Counted from the first letter of the stretch, positions 18,804 through 28,313 are shown. The stretch: DNA of 34,208 nt from a virus (IMGVR_UViG_2778261511_000013); one strand, 5' to 3'. A program made the numbers and translations. The notes: generated from the letters alone by a model not told the origin.

Positions 18804-20121
18804 TCTCGATGTCCTCGTCGGTAATGGATGCCCCGATGCCGGTTACGTCAGAATTTTCTCGCAAATCAGTCATAGCGGCTTTCAGTGTCATCAGACCATC
18901 ACCCAGCGCTGTACTGATTGCGTTGGTAGTGTTTAACGCCACCGTTGAGCGATCGACATCAGACATTTGCCAGAGCGGGTTAAACTCAAACGTGAAATCG
19001 TCCGGTAGCGGCTTGCCAAGTTCCGAACGATGCATGATGTCCAGTATCCGCCGCACCGGAAGACGTAAACGTCTCTCCTGCAGCGAGCTTACCCGATCGT
19101 AATAGTTGGCAAGGTCTGCATCGCCGGTAGAAAATCCTTTCGGGGACTGTCCGAACAACCGCACCAGTGGGATACCAACAGCGCCACTAATCTGTTCTGC
19201 AAACTGCGAAAGGATGTCATCCAGACCACTGAAGCTGTACTGATGGGTTTCAAACTTATCCCGCGAGTCCATGAGCGTCATGCCTTCATTGCTCTGGAAC
19301 TGTCGAATCAGGTCGATATTCTTCAGCAACGCTTCATACGCAGGACCACCAAGTGCGATAAGCTCGCGTAGCTTCTCCACGCTGTAGGTGCGCAGATGCG
19401 CCTTGTAGACCAGCTGCGCCGCGCCGACAGTAGCGCTGTCGAACGCGGTAAGACGATCCCAGATACGCTCTACAACCGACATTCCCCATTCGTTCTCGGT
19501 CATCTTCTGCTGGAATGGCAGCGTGACGCCATCAAAGCGAATCAGACGACTGTGATGAATGCGCCAGGCAGGAATTCCCGTTGCTGTGGTCACCACATCG
19601 TAAAACTCAGGTTTACCCAGGTCCGGCCCCATATCTTTAATGCGGCGGGTCAGCACTGGGTTAATCATCCAGCGGTCGAGCGGGAGAATGCCCTTAAACT
19701 TGCCTTCTCCAATGGTTTCGAGCCGCAGCGGGGTCATTGGTGCCTGCCCCTCAATCATGATGAAACCCACCGCGCCGCCATAGAGGCGCGACCATTTCAG
19801 CACGTCATTCAGCGCATCCCAGATTTGCAACTCATCCAGTTGTGATTCGAGAATGCCGCGATCTTTTGCATCAATTTCCGAAGTGATGCGAATGCCTTTG
19901 CGGGTCATATCATCTGGGATAGCATCGACCGCTTCGCCGATGATCCAGGACGAACGATAGGACCATTCCACCAGCATGCGGTTACGACTGGTGAAATTAG
20001 CCCGGTAGGTGGATGCTGAGTGCTGGTTAGGTGTCTGCATCCCTACGCGGGCAATAAAATTCTCATAACCATCAGCTGTGGCCTGCGCAGTTCGCCGCAG
20101 GGCTTGTTTGTTTCGTGCCAT
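18655..20121 (-). CDS. portal protein
   Basis: 488 aa immediately after the terminase large subunit (ATGA overlap at 20121); acidic C-terminus. Confidence 0.7.
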   Translation of the reverse strand: MARNKQALRRTAQATADGYENFIARVGMQTPNQHSASTYRANFTSRNRMLVEWSYRSSWIIGEAVDAIPDDMTRKGIRITSEIDAKDRGILESQLDELQIWDALNDVLKWSRLYGGAVGFIMIEGQAPMTPLRLETIGEGKFKGILPLDRWMINPVLTRRIKDMGPDLGKPEFYDVVTTATGIPAWRIHHSRLIRFDGVTLPFQQKMTENEWGMSVVERIWDRLTAFDSATVGAAQLVYKAHLRTYSVEKLRELIALGGPAYEALLKNIDLIRQFQSNEGMTLMDSRDKFETHQYSFSGLDDILSQFAEQISGAVGIPLVRLFGQSPKGFSTGDADLANYYDRVSSLQERRLRLPVRRILDIMHRSELGKPLPDDFTFEFNPLWQMSDVDRSTVALNTTNAISTALGDGLMTLKAAMTDLRENSDVTGIGASITDEDIENAEDEAPPGIGEPDDEPQEPSGGNPVSNQPTQDSAGGRGHRKWSLRWFK

Positions 20122-21743
20122 CAGGCCTGTCTCCCTAGCAGCTCCCAGATGTTCAGGGCTGAATTCATTGGGGCATAGTTGATCATCACCGAGTCGGCAA
20201 GGTTTGGCGATCGGGTTCCATCAGGCTGTTTATCAATAACGATTTTTCCCACACCATTAATGGAATAGGTCGGCTGCGAAAGCTCGATGATGAGTTTATC
20301 TTTGAGTGCCATGCTACTGCTGATTGAGATGATTTCGTCCGGGTTGTAAGCCATACCTTCAACCACGGCGCGCCAGGTATTCTGAAAAAGTTTACGTAAC
20401 CGCCACCAGCTCTGGGCTTTGGCGTTAGCGAAGAAGTCCTTGTTCAGACGTGCGGCTTGCCCGTTGTCCCCGCGAACAGCTTCATCATCTGGATCAAATA
20501 CCGCGCCACTACCTCGAAACGGTGTGGCGAGTATTGACGGTCGACGCGCAACGTTACGCAGTTCGTTGATAGCGCGTGCATCGCCGCGAACGCCAGCGCC
20601 CAGCCCGTCCTCGTCAAAGCGAAACTCTTCGAGGTTGTCCTGTTCGCAAAAACCGAAAACCTTCTCGACGGACTGATAAATGTCACTGCCCACACCGGAC
20701 CATTCCCGCACATTTTCCAGGAGGAAGCCATGACGGGTGGAAAATGCATTTTTGTCCCTGCCTTCGTCGGCGACATCCATCGCGCCAAGTCGTTTGCCTG
20801 TTGGCTGGATACCCAGTTTGATATGTGCATCAACGGCAGCCTGTACCCATTCGGATGGAATCAGGACGCCTTCCGCTGATGCGCTGTAGTTCAGATCAAG
20901 TTCCTGTGCCACCACCACCGGATTATCGATTTTCTCGCATTCCCTGCGATACCACTCTTCATCCTTGCGAGGATCATCCCGCCAGTGGAATGTGAATACC
21001 GGTATCTTCCCGCCATGACGCTTCTGAGCGAACGGGTTCGCCATGCCGTTAACTGAACTCAGGTCAATACGGCAACGCGTCGTTTGTGACAACGCCGCAT
21101 CAATCAGCAGAGGACGCTGAAGGAATGCAGCCTCATCAACCAGATAAAGCGTGGTACGGTCACCACGACCAATATTATCGCCAGCCTCGCCTTTGATAAC
21201 GGCACCAGTTTCAGGAAACTCAACACGCATATATGGCGCGTGCTTCTTCTCGCTCCACGAACCGCGAAACTCTACAGGTAGTGTTTCCACGAACTTGCGC
21301 GCCTTCCAGAACAATGCTTTCGGGTCACCGGTGCTGTCGACGTATTCCTCTTTACGGGAGCCGAAACCGATAACCATTTCTTTGTTGAAGAGACAAAGCG
21401 AGCAGGCCAGTCCGATCGCGGTCCAACTGAGCCCCATTTCACGGGATTTTTCGGTAATACCATTCTCCCTATTGCCCCAGCGTTCCATAATCCAGTGGAT
21501 CCACTCCTCCTGCTTAGGGAAGAGTAAAAACGGAATGGTCACCGGCAGGCCATAATCAATATTACGCGGGTCCGTTGTCATGCCCCAGTCGATGATGAAC
21601 TGAGCCGGGTTGGTTCGGTAAAACTGTTTTAGTGCTGGCAATATTTCAGGGTTCTGGCGAATGCGCTGTAAGCGTTCCATCCGCCATTCAAAAACCATCT
21701 GGTAATCAGGATTTTTAAAATCGAAGGGGAATGGTAACGGCAT
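20121..21743 (-). CDS. terminase large subunit
   Basis: 540 aa; Walker-B-like ..[10 protein letters not shown]..; follows the small subunit. Confidence 0.75.
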   Translation of the reverse strand: MPLPFPFDFKNPDYQMVFEWRMERLQRIRQNPEILPALKQFYRTNPAQFIIDWGMTTDPRNIDYGLPVTIPFLLFPKQEEWIHWIMERWGNRENGITEKSREMGLSWTAIGLACSLCLFNKEMVIGFGSRKEEYVDSTGDPKALFWKARKFVETLPVEFRGSWSEKKHAPYMRVEFPETGAVIKGEAGDNIGRGDRTTLYLVDEAAFLQRPLLIDAALSQTTRCRIDLSSVNGMANPFAQKRHGGKIPVFTFHWRDDPRKDEEWYRRECEKIDNPVVVAQELDLNYSASAEGVLIPSEWVQAAVDAHIKLGIQPTGKRLGAMDVADEGRDKNAFSTRHGFLLENVREWSGVGSDIYQSVEKVFGFCEQDNLEEFRFDEDGLGAGVRGDARAINELRNVARRPSILATPFRGSGAVFDPDDEAVRGDNGQAARLNKDFFANAKAQSWWRLRKLFQNTWRAVVEGMAYNPDEIISISSSMALKDKLIIELSQPTYSINGVGKIVIDKQPDGTRSPNLADSVMINYAPMNSALNIWELLGRQA

Positions 21744-21745
21744 AC

Positions 21746-22297
21746 TTAGCCCATCATTTTTCTATACGCCTCTGCAGCCTGCTCCGGCGTTAAGTTGGTA
21801 ATTTCTGTTCTGACTGGTCCTCCATCAGCGCCAGTCACTTCATTTTTGACGTTGTCTTTAAACGCCTGAACAGAAACATGACGCCCAAGCAACTCAAGGT
21901 TTTTAACCTTATCAGGCCATTTGATTTTCTTCAGAAGTGCGGCGCTATCTGCGGATACCATCTCCATGACATCCATTCCTGATAGCGTTGTGCGCCATAC
22001 CTTAGGCCAGTCTTTAATGGGTTTTAGATCACCGTTTTGCAGGAGAATGTCGAGCACATCCATCTGGTCGATTTCAATAAGGCGATTAAGTACATATTCT
22101 GCATTAATACCAACAAGATCATTGCGTTGCGCTTTCAGTTCAGCGATTCTGAATTGTATGTCAGGTTTTGACAGGTTTTCGGATGCGGTACGGTTAGCTG
22201 TCTTTGCGCTGTACCCCGCCCGAATAGCCGCTTGCGTGGCGTTTAAATCGATGAGGTACTCGCGACAGAACATTTCTTGCTTGTCGGTGAGTGCCAT
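21746..22297 (-). CDS. terminase small subunit
   Basis: 183 aa with an N-terminal HTH-like region (..[15 protein letters not shown]..), directly upstream of the large subunit. Confidence 0.65.
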   Translation of the reverse strand: MALTDKQEMFCREYLIDLNATQAAIRAGYSAKTANRTASENLSKPDIQFRIAELKAQRNDLVGINAEYVLNRLIEIDQMDVLDILLQNGDLKPIKDWPKVWRTTLSGMDVMEMVSADSAALLKKIKWPDKVKNLELLGRHVSVQAFKDNVKNEVTGADGGPVRTEITNLTPEQAAEAYRKMMG

Positions 22298-22316
22298 TGA
22301 TATACCTGAGGAAATT

Positions 22317-22865
22317 ATGAAGTTAGAAGATTTCGCAGCTTATAACCGCCCTCAATCGAAGGTGTCCGATGAGAGGAAATTTCTTGATTACATTCACAGT
22401 CGGAACAGATGGGTTGAGTTTATCAAAAGCATCGATAACGCAAAGCCAGTATCAATTGCCATGAAAAATTCATTCCATAGTCAATGGGTTGAGTCTGGGG
22501 CCTTTATACGTGAAAAGATCAACGACGACTCAATTCTCCTCAAACTATTAACGCTCTTATTGCCAACATATGATGGTGACAGCCTTGTACTTTATCGGGG
22601 GGAAAATAAAGACAGGTTCGATAAAGGGCTCATTGGATTTTGCTGGACAACGGACATTTCAGTCGCCGAGAAGTTTGGTCGTGGATTGAATGCATACAAA
22701 TCACCAGGTTTGCTGTTAAGAGCTGAAGCTCCAGCCTGTTCTATATTAGCTGGCCCCAATGCCCACAGTCGTTATCTTGGTGAAAATGAGTTCACGGTTA
22801 ACCCCTCGCGTCTTTCAAACATAACCGTTATTGAAACCTATCCGGACAACTCTTTTTTCAAATGA
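22317..22865 (+). CDS. AT-rich cargo protein (182 aa), divergent from the terminase; unknown function, weak ADP-ribosyltransferase-like motif pattern
   Basis: ATG at 22317 with SD GAGGAAA; on the opposite strand to all flanking late genes; contains ..LYRGE.., ..CWTTD.. and ..GENEF.. (R / S-T-like / E-x-E); appears AT-rich by eye. Confidence 0.55.
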   Translation: MKLEDFAAYNRPQSKVSDERKFLDYIHSRNRWVEFIKSIDNAKPVSIAMKNSFHSQWVESGAFIREKINDDSILLKLLTLLLPTYDGDSLVLYRGENKDRFDKGLIGFCWTTDISVAEKFGRGLNAYKSPGLLLRAEAPACSILAGPNAHSRYLGENEFTVNPSRLSNITVIETYPDNSFFK

Positions 22866-22997
22866 TGAATAAATAGATGCCCTATACTTCACCCGCCACT
22901 GGTACGCCGTTTCGATGGCCTCCCAGTCCGGTTTTGCCATGAATTTTTCCTCTTAGTGACATTATCGAAGCTCCTTATCAAAGGAGCTTCTGTAATG

Positions 22998-23183
22998 TCA
23001 GTCCCGAACAAACGTAACCTTCGTGTTTGTCGCTCGCCTTACAAGGCGCGCCGCTTCGCGTTGCATTTCATCGATAACTTTTGGCGTCATCGGCTGATGC
23101 GCATATTTACGTTCAATCTCTGCAAAAATCCCGTTCATCGTTTCGCTGTCTGGTGGGATAACTTCAACGTTTAATCGTGCCAT
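22998..23183 (-). CDS. small protein (61 aa), unknown function
   Basis: MARLNVEVIPPDSETMNGIFAEIERKYAHQPMTPKVIDEMQREAARLVRRATNTKVTFVRD; protein-like composition and same strand as the late genes, but no clear SD; a + strand ORF at 22995-23174 with a strong SD overlaps it. Confidence 0.3.
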   Translation of the reverse strand: MARLNVEVIPPDSETMNGIFAEIERKYAHQPMTPKVIDEMQREAARLVRRATNTKVTFVRD

Positions 23184-23442
23184 TAGTTTGTGCTGCCCTG
23201 TTTTTCTCAAAGGTCCTGATATCAGCCTTATCCCTGTTGCACTGTGCTAACGCTGACAACAACGCAACATTCAGGTTAAGGCTGGCTCCCCACGTAAACG
23301 GGTCGGGTAAATCTGGCTGGGGTGTTTCATCCGTCAGACTGGCTGGTAACGGAACGACCGGCACCGACACGTATACCGTTCGCGTATTCGTGCAACCGCT
23401 TAACTGCGCCAGAAGGAACGATACGAACAGCGCAATCATCAT
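23164..23442 (-). CDS. Rz1: o-spanin (Rz1-like outer-membrane lipoprotein)
   Basis: Starts MMIALFVSFLLAQLSGC (lipobox LSGC), Pro-rich; begins inside the 3' end of Rz in another frame and extends beyond it. Confidence 0.6.
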   Translation of the reverse strand: MMIALFVSFLLAQLSGCTNTRTVYVSVPVVPLPASLTDETPQPDLPDPFTWGASLNLNVALLSALAQCNRDKADIRTFEKNRAAQTNGTIKR

Positions 23443-23719
23443 CCGCAACAGCCACTTTGATATCTTCCTGGGTTCTCTGTGACTCCAGTGCGATCTGCTG
23501 TTTTGCATGCTGGTTAGCCTCTATAACTGTATTGATGATTTGCAGAGATTGCAGGACGTTACTGGTAATGGCTGTTGCAGATTCAGCATTTCGTACAGCC
23601 TCATCAGCACGCTCCTTTTCGTGCTGATATTTGCTGTAGTAATGCCCGGCAGACCAGATAAAAGAACCGATGACGGTAACAAAGAAGGCAACAATAACCA
23701 GCTTATATCTCAGCTTCAT
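23327..23719 (-). CDS. Rz: i-spanin (Rz-like), not the lambda allele
   Basis: 130 aa with an N-terminal TM segment (LVIVAFFVTVIGSFIW) and helix-prone periplasmic domain; follows the endolysin. Confidence 0.7.
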   Translation of the reverse strand: MKLRYKLVIVAFFVTVIGSFIWSAGHYYSKYQHEKERADEAVRNAESATAITSNVLQSLQIINTVIEANQHAKQQIALESQRTQEDIKVAVADDDCAVRIVPSGAVKRLHEYANGIRVGAGRSVTSQSDG

Positions 23720-24179
23720 TTACCACCCCACCCGCTTCTTTAAATCGGGCAATCAGGTCACCGATTCTATGTTCATACTGACCGTAACCAGCCCCCGGCA
23801 ACGAAGCCCAGATATTGCTGCAACGGTCGATTGCCTGACGAATATCGCCGCGGTCAATCATCGGTAAAGCGCTACGCTCTTTAATCTGCTGCAGCGCTAC
23901 AGCATCCTGGCTTTCTGGAGAAAAATCTTTCAGGCCAAGTTGCTTGCGGTAGGCATCCCACCAGCGTGAAAGAAGCTGGTAGCGACCGGCTGCTGTTGAT
24001 TTGAGTTTGAGGTTTAGCGTGACAAGTTTGCGAGGGTGATCAGAGTAATCAGTGAATAGCTCTCCGCCTACAATGACGTCATAACCATGATTTCTGGTTT
24101 TCTGCCGTCCGTTATCAGTTCCCTCCGACCACGCCAGCATATCGAGGAACGCCTTACGTTGATTATTGATTTCCACCAT
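23703..24179 (-). CDS. R: endolysin (lambda R-type lytic transglycosylase)
   Basis: 158 aa; [39 protein letters not shown].. matches lambda R as I recall it. Confidence 0.9.
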   Translation of the reverse strand: MVEINNQRKAFLDMLAWSEGTDNGRQKTRNHGYDVIVGGELFTDYSDHPRKLVTLNLKLKSTAAGRYQLLSRWWDAYRKQLGLKDFSPESQDAVALQQIKERSALPMIDRGDIRQAIDRCSNIWASLPGAGYGQYEHRIGDLIARFKEAGGVVNEAEI

Positions 24180-24486
24180 CTTCTACTCCGGCTTTTTTAG
24201 CAGCGAAGCGTTTGATAAGCGAACCAATCGAGTCAGTACCGATGTAGCCGATGAACACGCTCGTTATATAAGCGAGATTGCTATTTAGTCCGGCGAAGTC
24301 GAGAAGGTCACGAATGAACCAGGCGATAATGGCGCACATCGTTGCGTCGATTACTGTTTTTGTAAACGCACCGCCATTATATCTGCCGCGAAGGTACGCC
24401 ATTGCAAACGCAAGGATTGCCCCGATGCCTTGTTCCTTTGCCGCGAGAATGGCGGCTAACAGGTCATGTTTTTCTGGCATCTTCAT
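24163..24486 (-). CDS. S: holin/antiholin (lambda S, class I, dual start)
   Basis: 107 aa; [39 protein letters not shown].. matches lambda S107/S105. Confidence 0.9.
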   Translation of the reverse strand: MKMPEKHDLLAAILAAKEQGIGAILAFAMAYLRGRYNGGAFTKTVIDATMCAIIAWFIRDLLDFAGLNSNLAYITSVFIGYIGTDSIGSLIKRFAAKKAGVEDGGNQ

Positions 24487-24611
24487 GTCTTACCCACAAT
24501 AAGGGGATTTGCTCTATTTAATTAGGAATAATGTCGATTACTGATAGAACAAATCCAGGCTACTGTGTTTAGTAATCAGATTTGTTCGTGACCGATATGC
24601 ACGGGCAAAAC

Positions 24612-24641
24612 GGCAGGAGGTTGTTAGCGCAGCCTCTTGCC
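24612..24641 (-). terminator. putative rho-independent terminator between the tRNAs and the lysis genes
   Basis: Minus strand GGCAAGAGG-(12 nt)-CCTCCTGCC followed by GTTTTGCC; one mismatch in the stem. Confidence 0.35.
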
Positions 24642-24727
24642 ACCCGCTTTCACGAAGGTCATGCGTAGAATGCCGCAGCGTAACTATCACTGATGAATTC
24701 ATGATAGCCAGTGGCTACGGCTCAGTT

Positions 24728-24804
24728 ATGGTGCTGGTTAACGGACTTGAACCGCTACCCATTCGCTTACAAGGCGACTGCTCTACCATTGGAGCTAAAC
24801 CAGC
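24728..24804 (-). tRNA. tRNA, anticodon UGU by manual fold (tRNA-Thr)
   Basis: GCTGGTT-TA-GCTC-CAATGGTA-GAGC-A-GTCGC-CTTGTAA-GCGAA-TGGGT-AGCGG-TTCAAGT-CCGTT-AACCAGC-A-CCA; perfect 7-bp acceptor stem, good D and T arms, encoded CCA. Confidence 0.7.
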
Positions 24805-24809
24805 ATATT

Positions 24810-24884
24810 TGGCGGGACAGCGTGGACTCGAACCACGATAAGAAGGTTAACAGCCTTCCGTAATGACCTTTATACGACTGACCC
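24810..24884 (-). tRNA. tRNA-like gene, anticodon GUU by manual fold (tRNA-Asn-like), possibly degenerate
   Basis: GGGTCAG..GAAGG-CTGTTAA-CCTTC..CGTGG-TTCGAGT-CCACG-CTGTCCC-G-CCA; good anticodon and T arms, but a T:T mismatch in the acceptor stem and a weak D stem. Confidence 0.45.
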
Positions 24885-24887
24885 AAA

Positions 24888-24930
24888 TAAAAAAAGCCAC
24901 CGTTGCAACTTAAGAGTCACTAACGGCAGC
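24888..24930 (-). terminator. tR'-like terminator downstream of the late promoter
   Basis: Minus strand GCUGCCGUU-(loop)-AACGGUGGC followed by TTTTTTTATTT; long loop, two G-U pairs. Confidence 0.45.
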
Positions 24931-24934
24931 TTAT

Positions 24935-24972
24935 GCGAATAGTGTTGCTCATTTGCTCAATGATGTCAACAC
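24935..24972 (-). promoter_or_regulatory. putative late promoter pR' and Q-utilisation region
   Basis: Minus-strand TTGACA (24969-24964) 17 nt upstream of a weak -10 (AACACT), immediately after the Q stop; canonical lambdoid position. Confidence 0.4.
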
Positions 24973-24975
24973 GTT

Positions 24976-25464
24976 CTATGCTACATGTTTAATTTTCTCT
25001 ACACGTTTCCGGTTTTTAAACGCACTATCCAGAACCGGGTAAATCATAAACAACGAGGCATTGAGGATTTCGTCAACTTCCCGTCGACAGGTTGCGAGCG
25101 ATGGTTTTTGAATGCGCCCGCCGCCCCGGCATAACATCTTGCGAGGTCTTGCGACGCGATGATAGTAAGATGCAATGGCGTGCTTGGAAGAGCCGTGGGC
25201 GTAGTAGCTGAGGAGGATGCCAAAGGCTTTCTTGTCAATGTACATGACGGAATCGACGACCTGAGAAATCAACATTCCATCATCATCATTACACATTGGC
25301 CTTGTCATAACTCTTCCCGGCTCTACGCTCTCCATGAACTTAGCTATTACGCTGCTCATGCGCTTTTCCAGACGACCTGAATAAACCCATGCGCCCCACA
25401 GTTCAAGCCAGCCATTCAGCCACTCGTGCTGTTCTTTGGTGAGGTTTAGTTCTCTTATGCCCAC
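24976..25464 (-). CDS. late antiterminator Q (non-lambda allele)
   Basis: 162 aa at the end of the nin region, directly before the pR'/tR' pair; Cys-containing C-terminal region. Confidence 0.65.
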   Translation of the reverse strand: MGIRELNLTKEQHEWLNGWLELWGAWVYSGRLEKRMSSVIAKFMESVEPGRVMTRPMCNDDDGMLISQVVDSVMYIDKKAFGILLSYYAHGSSKHAIASYYHRVARPRKMLCRGGGRIQKPSLATCRREVDEILNASLFMIYPVLDSAFKNRKRVEKIKHVA

Positions 25465-26126
25465 GCGCCTTCTCCCTGTACCTGAATCAATGTGAGATTT
25501 CCGCAGAACACTGCCCCAGTATCGATATACATCTGGTTGGCAAATTTGAGTGGTTTCACTGCTGGCGTATGACCAAAGATAAACGTGTCCGCGCCTTTAA
25601 TTTCTTTAACGATCCCGTCTTGTGAGTTGCTGATTCGTTCGCGGTTCCAGATTACCTGCTGATGATCAACTGGCTTTCCAAATTCGTATTCGTCACAAGG
25701 ATAATCGGCGTGGCAGATGACATATTTTTTACCTTTGCTCACCAGTTCGATGATTAACGGAAGTTCTTCTGCTTTATGGGCAAGAGCTTTAGCCAGAATT
25801 TCTTTGTCGTAATCGAGATTAAAGAACCAGCCACCGCCATTAAGCAGCCAGTGATTAACGTTTCCACGCTCTGATAAGCCATCAATCATCATTTGCTCAT
25901 GGTTTCCACGTACAGCTCTGAACCAGGGGAATGTGATTAATTCCAGGCATTCAACGTTCTCTGCACCACGATCAACCAAATCGCCCACCGAGATAAGCAG
26001 GTCTTTTTTGTTGTCGAATCCAATCGTATCCAGTTTGTTCATCAGGTTCGTGTAGCATCCGTGCAGATCGCCAACTACCCAAATATTTCGGTATTTGCTG
26101 CCATCAATTCTTTCGTAGATATTCAT
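25455..26126 (-). CDS. Ser/Thr protein phosphatase (lambda PP / NinI)
   Basis: [44 protein letters not shown]; metallophosphatase motifs GDxHG, GDxxDRG, GNHE; matches lambda phosphatase. Confidence 0.9.
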   Translation of the reverse strand: MNIYERIDGSKYRNIWVVGDLHGCYTNLMNKLDTIGFDNKKDLLISVGDLVDRGAENVECLELITFPWFRAVRGNHEQMMIDGLSERGNVNHWLLNGGGWFFNLDYDKEILAKALAHKAEELPLIIELVSKGKKYVICHADYPCDEYEFGKPVDHQQVIWNRERISNSQDGIVKEIKGADTFIFGHTPAVKPLKFANQMYIDTGAVFCGNLTLIQVQGEGAWA

Positions 26127-26734
26127 GCAGCCTCACTTCTGCTGTTTCGCAGTTTTTTAAGTTTCTGTTGATACTCCGCCTTGATGGCCCTGCACTCTTC
26201 GACAGTCCAGCGATGGCGGTTATGGTTTGATTCGATTTCGTCTACTGCTTCCTGCCCGATGCGGTTAATCAGTTCGACGCGATACGGAACGAGATTTCCG
26301 CTTTTGTGCTGGTTGCACACCACGCATTGCTTGTGAATATTGCGTTCATCAAATCGGAGTTGAGGCGCCGCAGCAGTTGTCCGGTAATGCCCGGCATCCC
26401 ACTGAGCAGACGTGAGCGTTCCGCACGAGATACATGGTAAGTCGCGGTCTCTTTCTCTGATGAAGGCGTTTACGGCTTGTTGGGCTTGTTTAATCCAGTA
26501 ACTGCGGGGCTTTAAGGCGAGTTTTCGAATCTTAAGTTTATCTTTCTGTTTCTGCTCCTCTCGTCGTCGTTTCTTCTCTGCTGCCTTTTCCGCTTTTTCG
26601 CGTTCTTTGCTTCGTCGTTCGAGTGCTATCTTGGTTCCACACTCTGGAGAGCACCACCACTGATTGGCGAATGCAGGGTGAAACCATTCCCGACATTCAT
26701 CGTTTTTACATCGTCTTCGCGCTGGTTTAGCCAT
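26123..26734 (-). CDS. ninG: NinG (Rap) recombination-associated protein
   Basis: 203 aa; Cys-rich N-terminus ..[25 protein letters not shown]..; matches lambda NinG as recalled; position. Confidence 0.8.
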   Translation of the reverse strand: MAKPARRRCKNDECREWFHPAFANQWWCSPECGTKIALERRSKEREKAEKAAEKKRRREEQKQKDKLKIRKLALKPRSYWIKQAQQAVNAFIRERDRDLPCISCGTLTSAQWDAGHYRTTAAAPQLRFDERNIHKQCVVCNQHKSGNLVPYRVELINRIGQEAVDEIESNHNRHRWTVEECRAIKAEYQQKLKKLRNSRSEAA

Positions 26735-26897
26735 CGTCTTCTTCCTCGTGCATCGAGCTATTCGGATCGCTCATCAGTTCTGCGCAGCAGTGCTCACACA
26801 CGTGAACTTCCAGCACATGCAGCTTCTGACCGCAGTTAGCGCACGTTAAAGCTCGCTCGACACTTCCTTGTTCGTAACTTCGATTTTGGTCAATCAC
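26727..26897 (-). CDS. ninF: NinF zinc-ribbon protein
   Basis: Hand translation ..[45 protein letters not shown]; GTG start overlapping the NinE stop (GTGA); missed by the 60-aa cutoff. Confidence 0.7.
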   Translation of the reverse strand: MIDQNRSYEQGSVERALTCANCGQKLHVLEVHVCEHCCAELMSDPNSSMHEEEDDG

Positions 26898-27076
26898 CTT
26901 GTTTTCCTCGCACGTTCTCTAAGCCACCGGATATCCCACAGGTGAGCCGTGTAATTGAAGGTTTTTACGTCAGATTCTTTTGGGATTGGCTTGCGTTTAT
27001 TTCTGGAGCGTTTCGTTGGAAGGTATTTGCAGTTTTCACAGATTATGTCGGTGATACTTCGTCGCTGTCTCGCCAC
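26894..27076 (-). CDS. ninE: NinE
   Basis: 60 aa; ..[30 protein letters not shown].. matches lambda NinE as recalled. Confidence 0.7.
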   Translation of the reverse strand: MARQRRSITDIICENCKYLPTKRSRNKRKPIPKESDVKTFNYTAHLWDIRWLRERARKTR

Positions 27077-27216
27077 ACGTCCTCCTTTTCCTGAGGTAGT
27101 GGTAACACCCCTGTTGGTGTTCTTTCACACCGGAGACACCATCGATTCCAGTAAGGCTGTCCTGGTCGAAAGCGATCGTCTTCCTTTCGCTCTCCACATC
27201 GATAACAGTGCTTCAT
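27043..27216 (-). CDS. NinD-like small zinc-ribbon protein
   Basis: 57 aa from ATG at 27216 (ATGA overlap with the MTase stop); [16 protein letters not shown] has two CxxC pairs. Confidence 0.5.
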   Translation of the reverse strand: MKHCYRCGERKEDDRFRPGQPYWNRWCLRCERTPTGVLPLPQEKEDVWRDSDEVSPT

Positions 27217-27803
27217 GCGATCACCATTTTGCATGGTTTAATCGCCATGCCGGGAGCCAGTTCAAAATCGGAGTCGCACTGATTTCCCCACATATCCCAC
27301 CCGGTCACTTTGTCGCGGCTAAATAACTCACAGCGCGGCACGTCGCCAAGCAACTTAGCTAACATGTCTCTTACGATCGGTGGTTTTGCACTGTGCTCCA
27401 TTCTCGGTGCGGTAAAGTGCTGGCATATTGAAGCGTCCATTCTCTCAGGTAACCGCCCTCGAACGGCAAACAAGCAATCCTCGCTATTTGCCCGGGTCAT
27501 ATGCCCCATTCCGATCGCACTGTTGCCTTTGTGCTTATTGGTTTTGTGCCAAGTAAAGCCTTTCATAGTCATCAACCTGAATCCCCACGCCTCAATTACC
27601 TTTAGCGCTTCGGCTGGCTGTGTCGGCACCCACCACATCGCTAACAAGCAAGATTCTGGATCCGCTAAATCCCATACTGGCAGTCGGCAAATGTCCTGAA
27701 CATTCATAACATCGTATTTATGTCCAGCACCGCGATTGCCATCGTTGGCTTTGTCGCGATATTGCCAAGGCGGATCTGCGTAAATAAGTTGGTATTTGTT
27801 CAT
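27213..27803 (-). CDS. orphan DNA N6-adenine methyltransferase (DPPW motif; MT-A70/Dam-like)
   Basis: 196 aa; N-terminal ..[10 protein letters not shown].. is the catalytic motif IV of N6-adenine MTases; no adjacent restriction endonuclease; occupies the ninC position. Confidence 0.75.
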   Translation of the reverse strand: MNKYQLIYADPPWQYRDKANDGNRGAGHKYDVMNVQDICRLPVWDLADPESCLLAMWWVPTQPAEALKVIEAWGFRLMTMKGFTWHKTNKHKGNSAIGMGHMTRANSEDCLFAVRGRLPERMDASICQHFTAPRMEHSAKPPIVRDMLAKLLGDVPRCELFSRDKVTGWDMWGNQCDSDFELAPGMAIKPCKMVIA

Positions 27804-28240
27804 TCAGTTTTATCTCCCCATCTCGCTTTCCACTCCAGAGCCAGTCGCGCTTCGTCTGACCACTTAACGCCACGCTCTGTACCGAATGCCTGTATAAGCT
27901 CTAATAGCTCCGCAAATTCGCCTACACGCATCCTGCTGGTTGACTGGCCTATTACCACAAAGCCATTCCCGGCAAGGTTAGGAACAACATCCTGCTGCTT
28001 TAATGCTGCGGTAAACACACACTTCCAGCTTTCTGCATCCAGCCAGCGACCATGCCATTCAACCTGACGGGAGACGTCACCTAAGCAGGCCCATAGCTTC
28101 CTGTTTTGGTCTAAGCTGCGGTTGCGTTCCTGAATGGTTACTACGATTGGTTTGGTTGGGTCTGGAAGGATTTGCTGTACTGCGTGAATAGCGTTTTGCT
28201 GATGTGCTGGAGATCGAATTTCAAAGGTTAGTTTTTTCAT
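27800..28240 (-). CDS. ninB: NinB (Orf-family recombination mediator)
   Basis: 146 aa from MKKLTFEIRSPAHQQNAIHAVQQILPDPTKP.., matching lambda NinB as recalled. Confidence 0.8.
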   Translation of the reverse strand: MKKLTFEIRSPAHQQNAIHAVQQILPDPTKPIVVTIQERNRSLDQNRKLWACLGDVSRQVEWHGRWLDAESWKCVFTAALKQQDVVPNLAGNGFVVIGQSTSRMRVGEFAELLELIQAFGTERGVKWSDEARLALEWKARWGDKTE

Positions 28241-28257
28241 GACTTCCCTCTCCCCCA

Positions 28258-28287
28258 AATAAAAAGGCCTGCGATTACCAGCAGGCC
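28258..28287 (-). terminator. tR2-like rho-independent terminator between the replication genes and the nin region
   Basis: Minus strand GGCCTGC-TGGTAATC-GCAGGCC followed by TTTTTATTT. Confidence 0.6.
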
Positions 28288-28313
28288 TGTTATTAGCTCA
28301 GTAATGTAGATGG

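Noticed and set aside
21921-22316. Upstream extension of the + strand ORF to 314 aa
   Set aside because: It overlaps the terminase small-subunit gene on the opposite strand; an SD-preceded ATG at 22317 gives a compact 182-aa gene.
22956-23174. + strand ORF with strong SD as a definite gene
   Set aside because: Trp/Arg/Cys-rich composition typical of an antisense frame, and it overlaps a more protein-like minus-strand ORF; kept only as an alternative in the findings.
24646-24727. A third tRNA upstream of the two called
   Set aside because: No acceptor/T-arm cloverleaf could be folded by hand; the region contains only a short palindrome (TGAATTCA).
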